A stretch of DNA of 35,194 bases from Patellaria atrata CBS 101060 (taxonomy: Eukaryota): positions 135,002 through 170,195 of the forward strand of contig MU006119.1 in assembly GCA_010093705.1 (NCBI GenBank), written 5' to 3'. Made by a program: the position numbers and the translations under genes. Positions 34,814-35,194 of this stretch are shown piece after piece (positions within the stretch are counted from its first letter, which is position 1; the number at the start of each line of letters is the position of its first letter). Below the pieces are notes generated by a model, which saw only the letters and a program-made list of their open reading frames with translations, did not search any database and was not told the DNA's origin.

Positions 34814-35194
34814 TAAATTTAATAAAATAAAGTTTTTTTTAATTTTTATTTTTAAATTATATATTAATTTAAAGTTTAAAATATTATAATAAATATATTT
34901 TTCTATAAATAAAAAAATTTAAAAATAATAAAAAATAAAAATATTATAATATAAATTTAAATATTAATTAATTTAAATATAATAATAATATTTTTTTAAC
35001 TTTTAATAAAATAATAATTATTATTTAAAAAAATATTTTAAAATAATAAAAAATATATAATTTTTAAAAAAAAAGTAATAGAAAAATATATTTTAAAATT
35101 AAAGTCTAAAATTTAAATAATAATAATTAAGATAATAATAATTAAACTTTTATAGAAAATAAAAAAAGTTAAAATTTAAAATTAAAAATTTATA
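34814..35194 (+). mobile_element. Element E, right part: continuation of Gypsy pol (end of RNase H), running off the window
   Basis: Joining 4918 to 34814 reads ...RLLN(A/T)R|QARWNEVLSNFHFQITYRPG.QN.VADALSRK in frame, the conserved Gypsy RNase H C-terminal motif. Confidence 0.85.

Noticed and set aside
1..35194. Organelle, endosymbiont or Plasmodium-like AT-rich genome, or an alternative genetic code with TAA/TAG read-through
   Set aside because: Homologous copies differ directionally by C>T/G>A, CA/TG are depleted, and stops alternate with CGA or other sense codons between copies. This is RIP, not recoding.

Overview
This window has no intact host gene. It is an extremely AT-rich stack of nested transposon relics carrying the C>T/G>A signature of fungal Repeat-Induced Point mutation (RIP), which points to a filamentous ascomycete heterochromatic block. 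Matching termini and target-site duplications (TSDs) resolve the whole window into four nesting levels. (1) An old Ty3/Gypsy element E (+, 1-4918 and 34814-35194) carries two solo LTRs (3248-3445, 3656-4283) and (2) a Ty1/Copia element D (+, 4919-34808, 118-bp LTRs). (3) D's 5' LTR is split by a chromodomain-bearing Gypsy element B (-, 4952-29021). (4) B contains a Fot1/pogo DNA transposon F (6441-8302) and two younger 7432-bp copies of its own family, A (-, 10919-18350) and C (+, 20286-27717). The main finding is an extra antisense reading frame in the A/B/C family, between pol and the 3' LTR. Once RIP is reversed it reads as a C-x2-C-x6-C-x8-C-x2-C-x6-C (Zn(II)2Cys6/GAL4-type) cluster followed by a coiled coil. 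This ORF and the tandem repeats in the LTR U3 are the parts that differ most between subfamilies, suggesting a retrotransposon-encoded regulator paired with its own cis-elements. All protein readings are manual de-RIP reconstructions, not database results.
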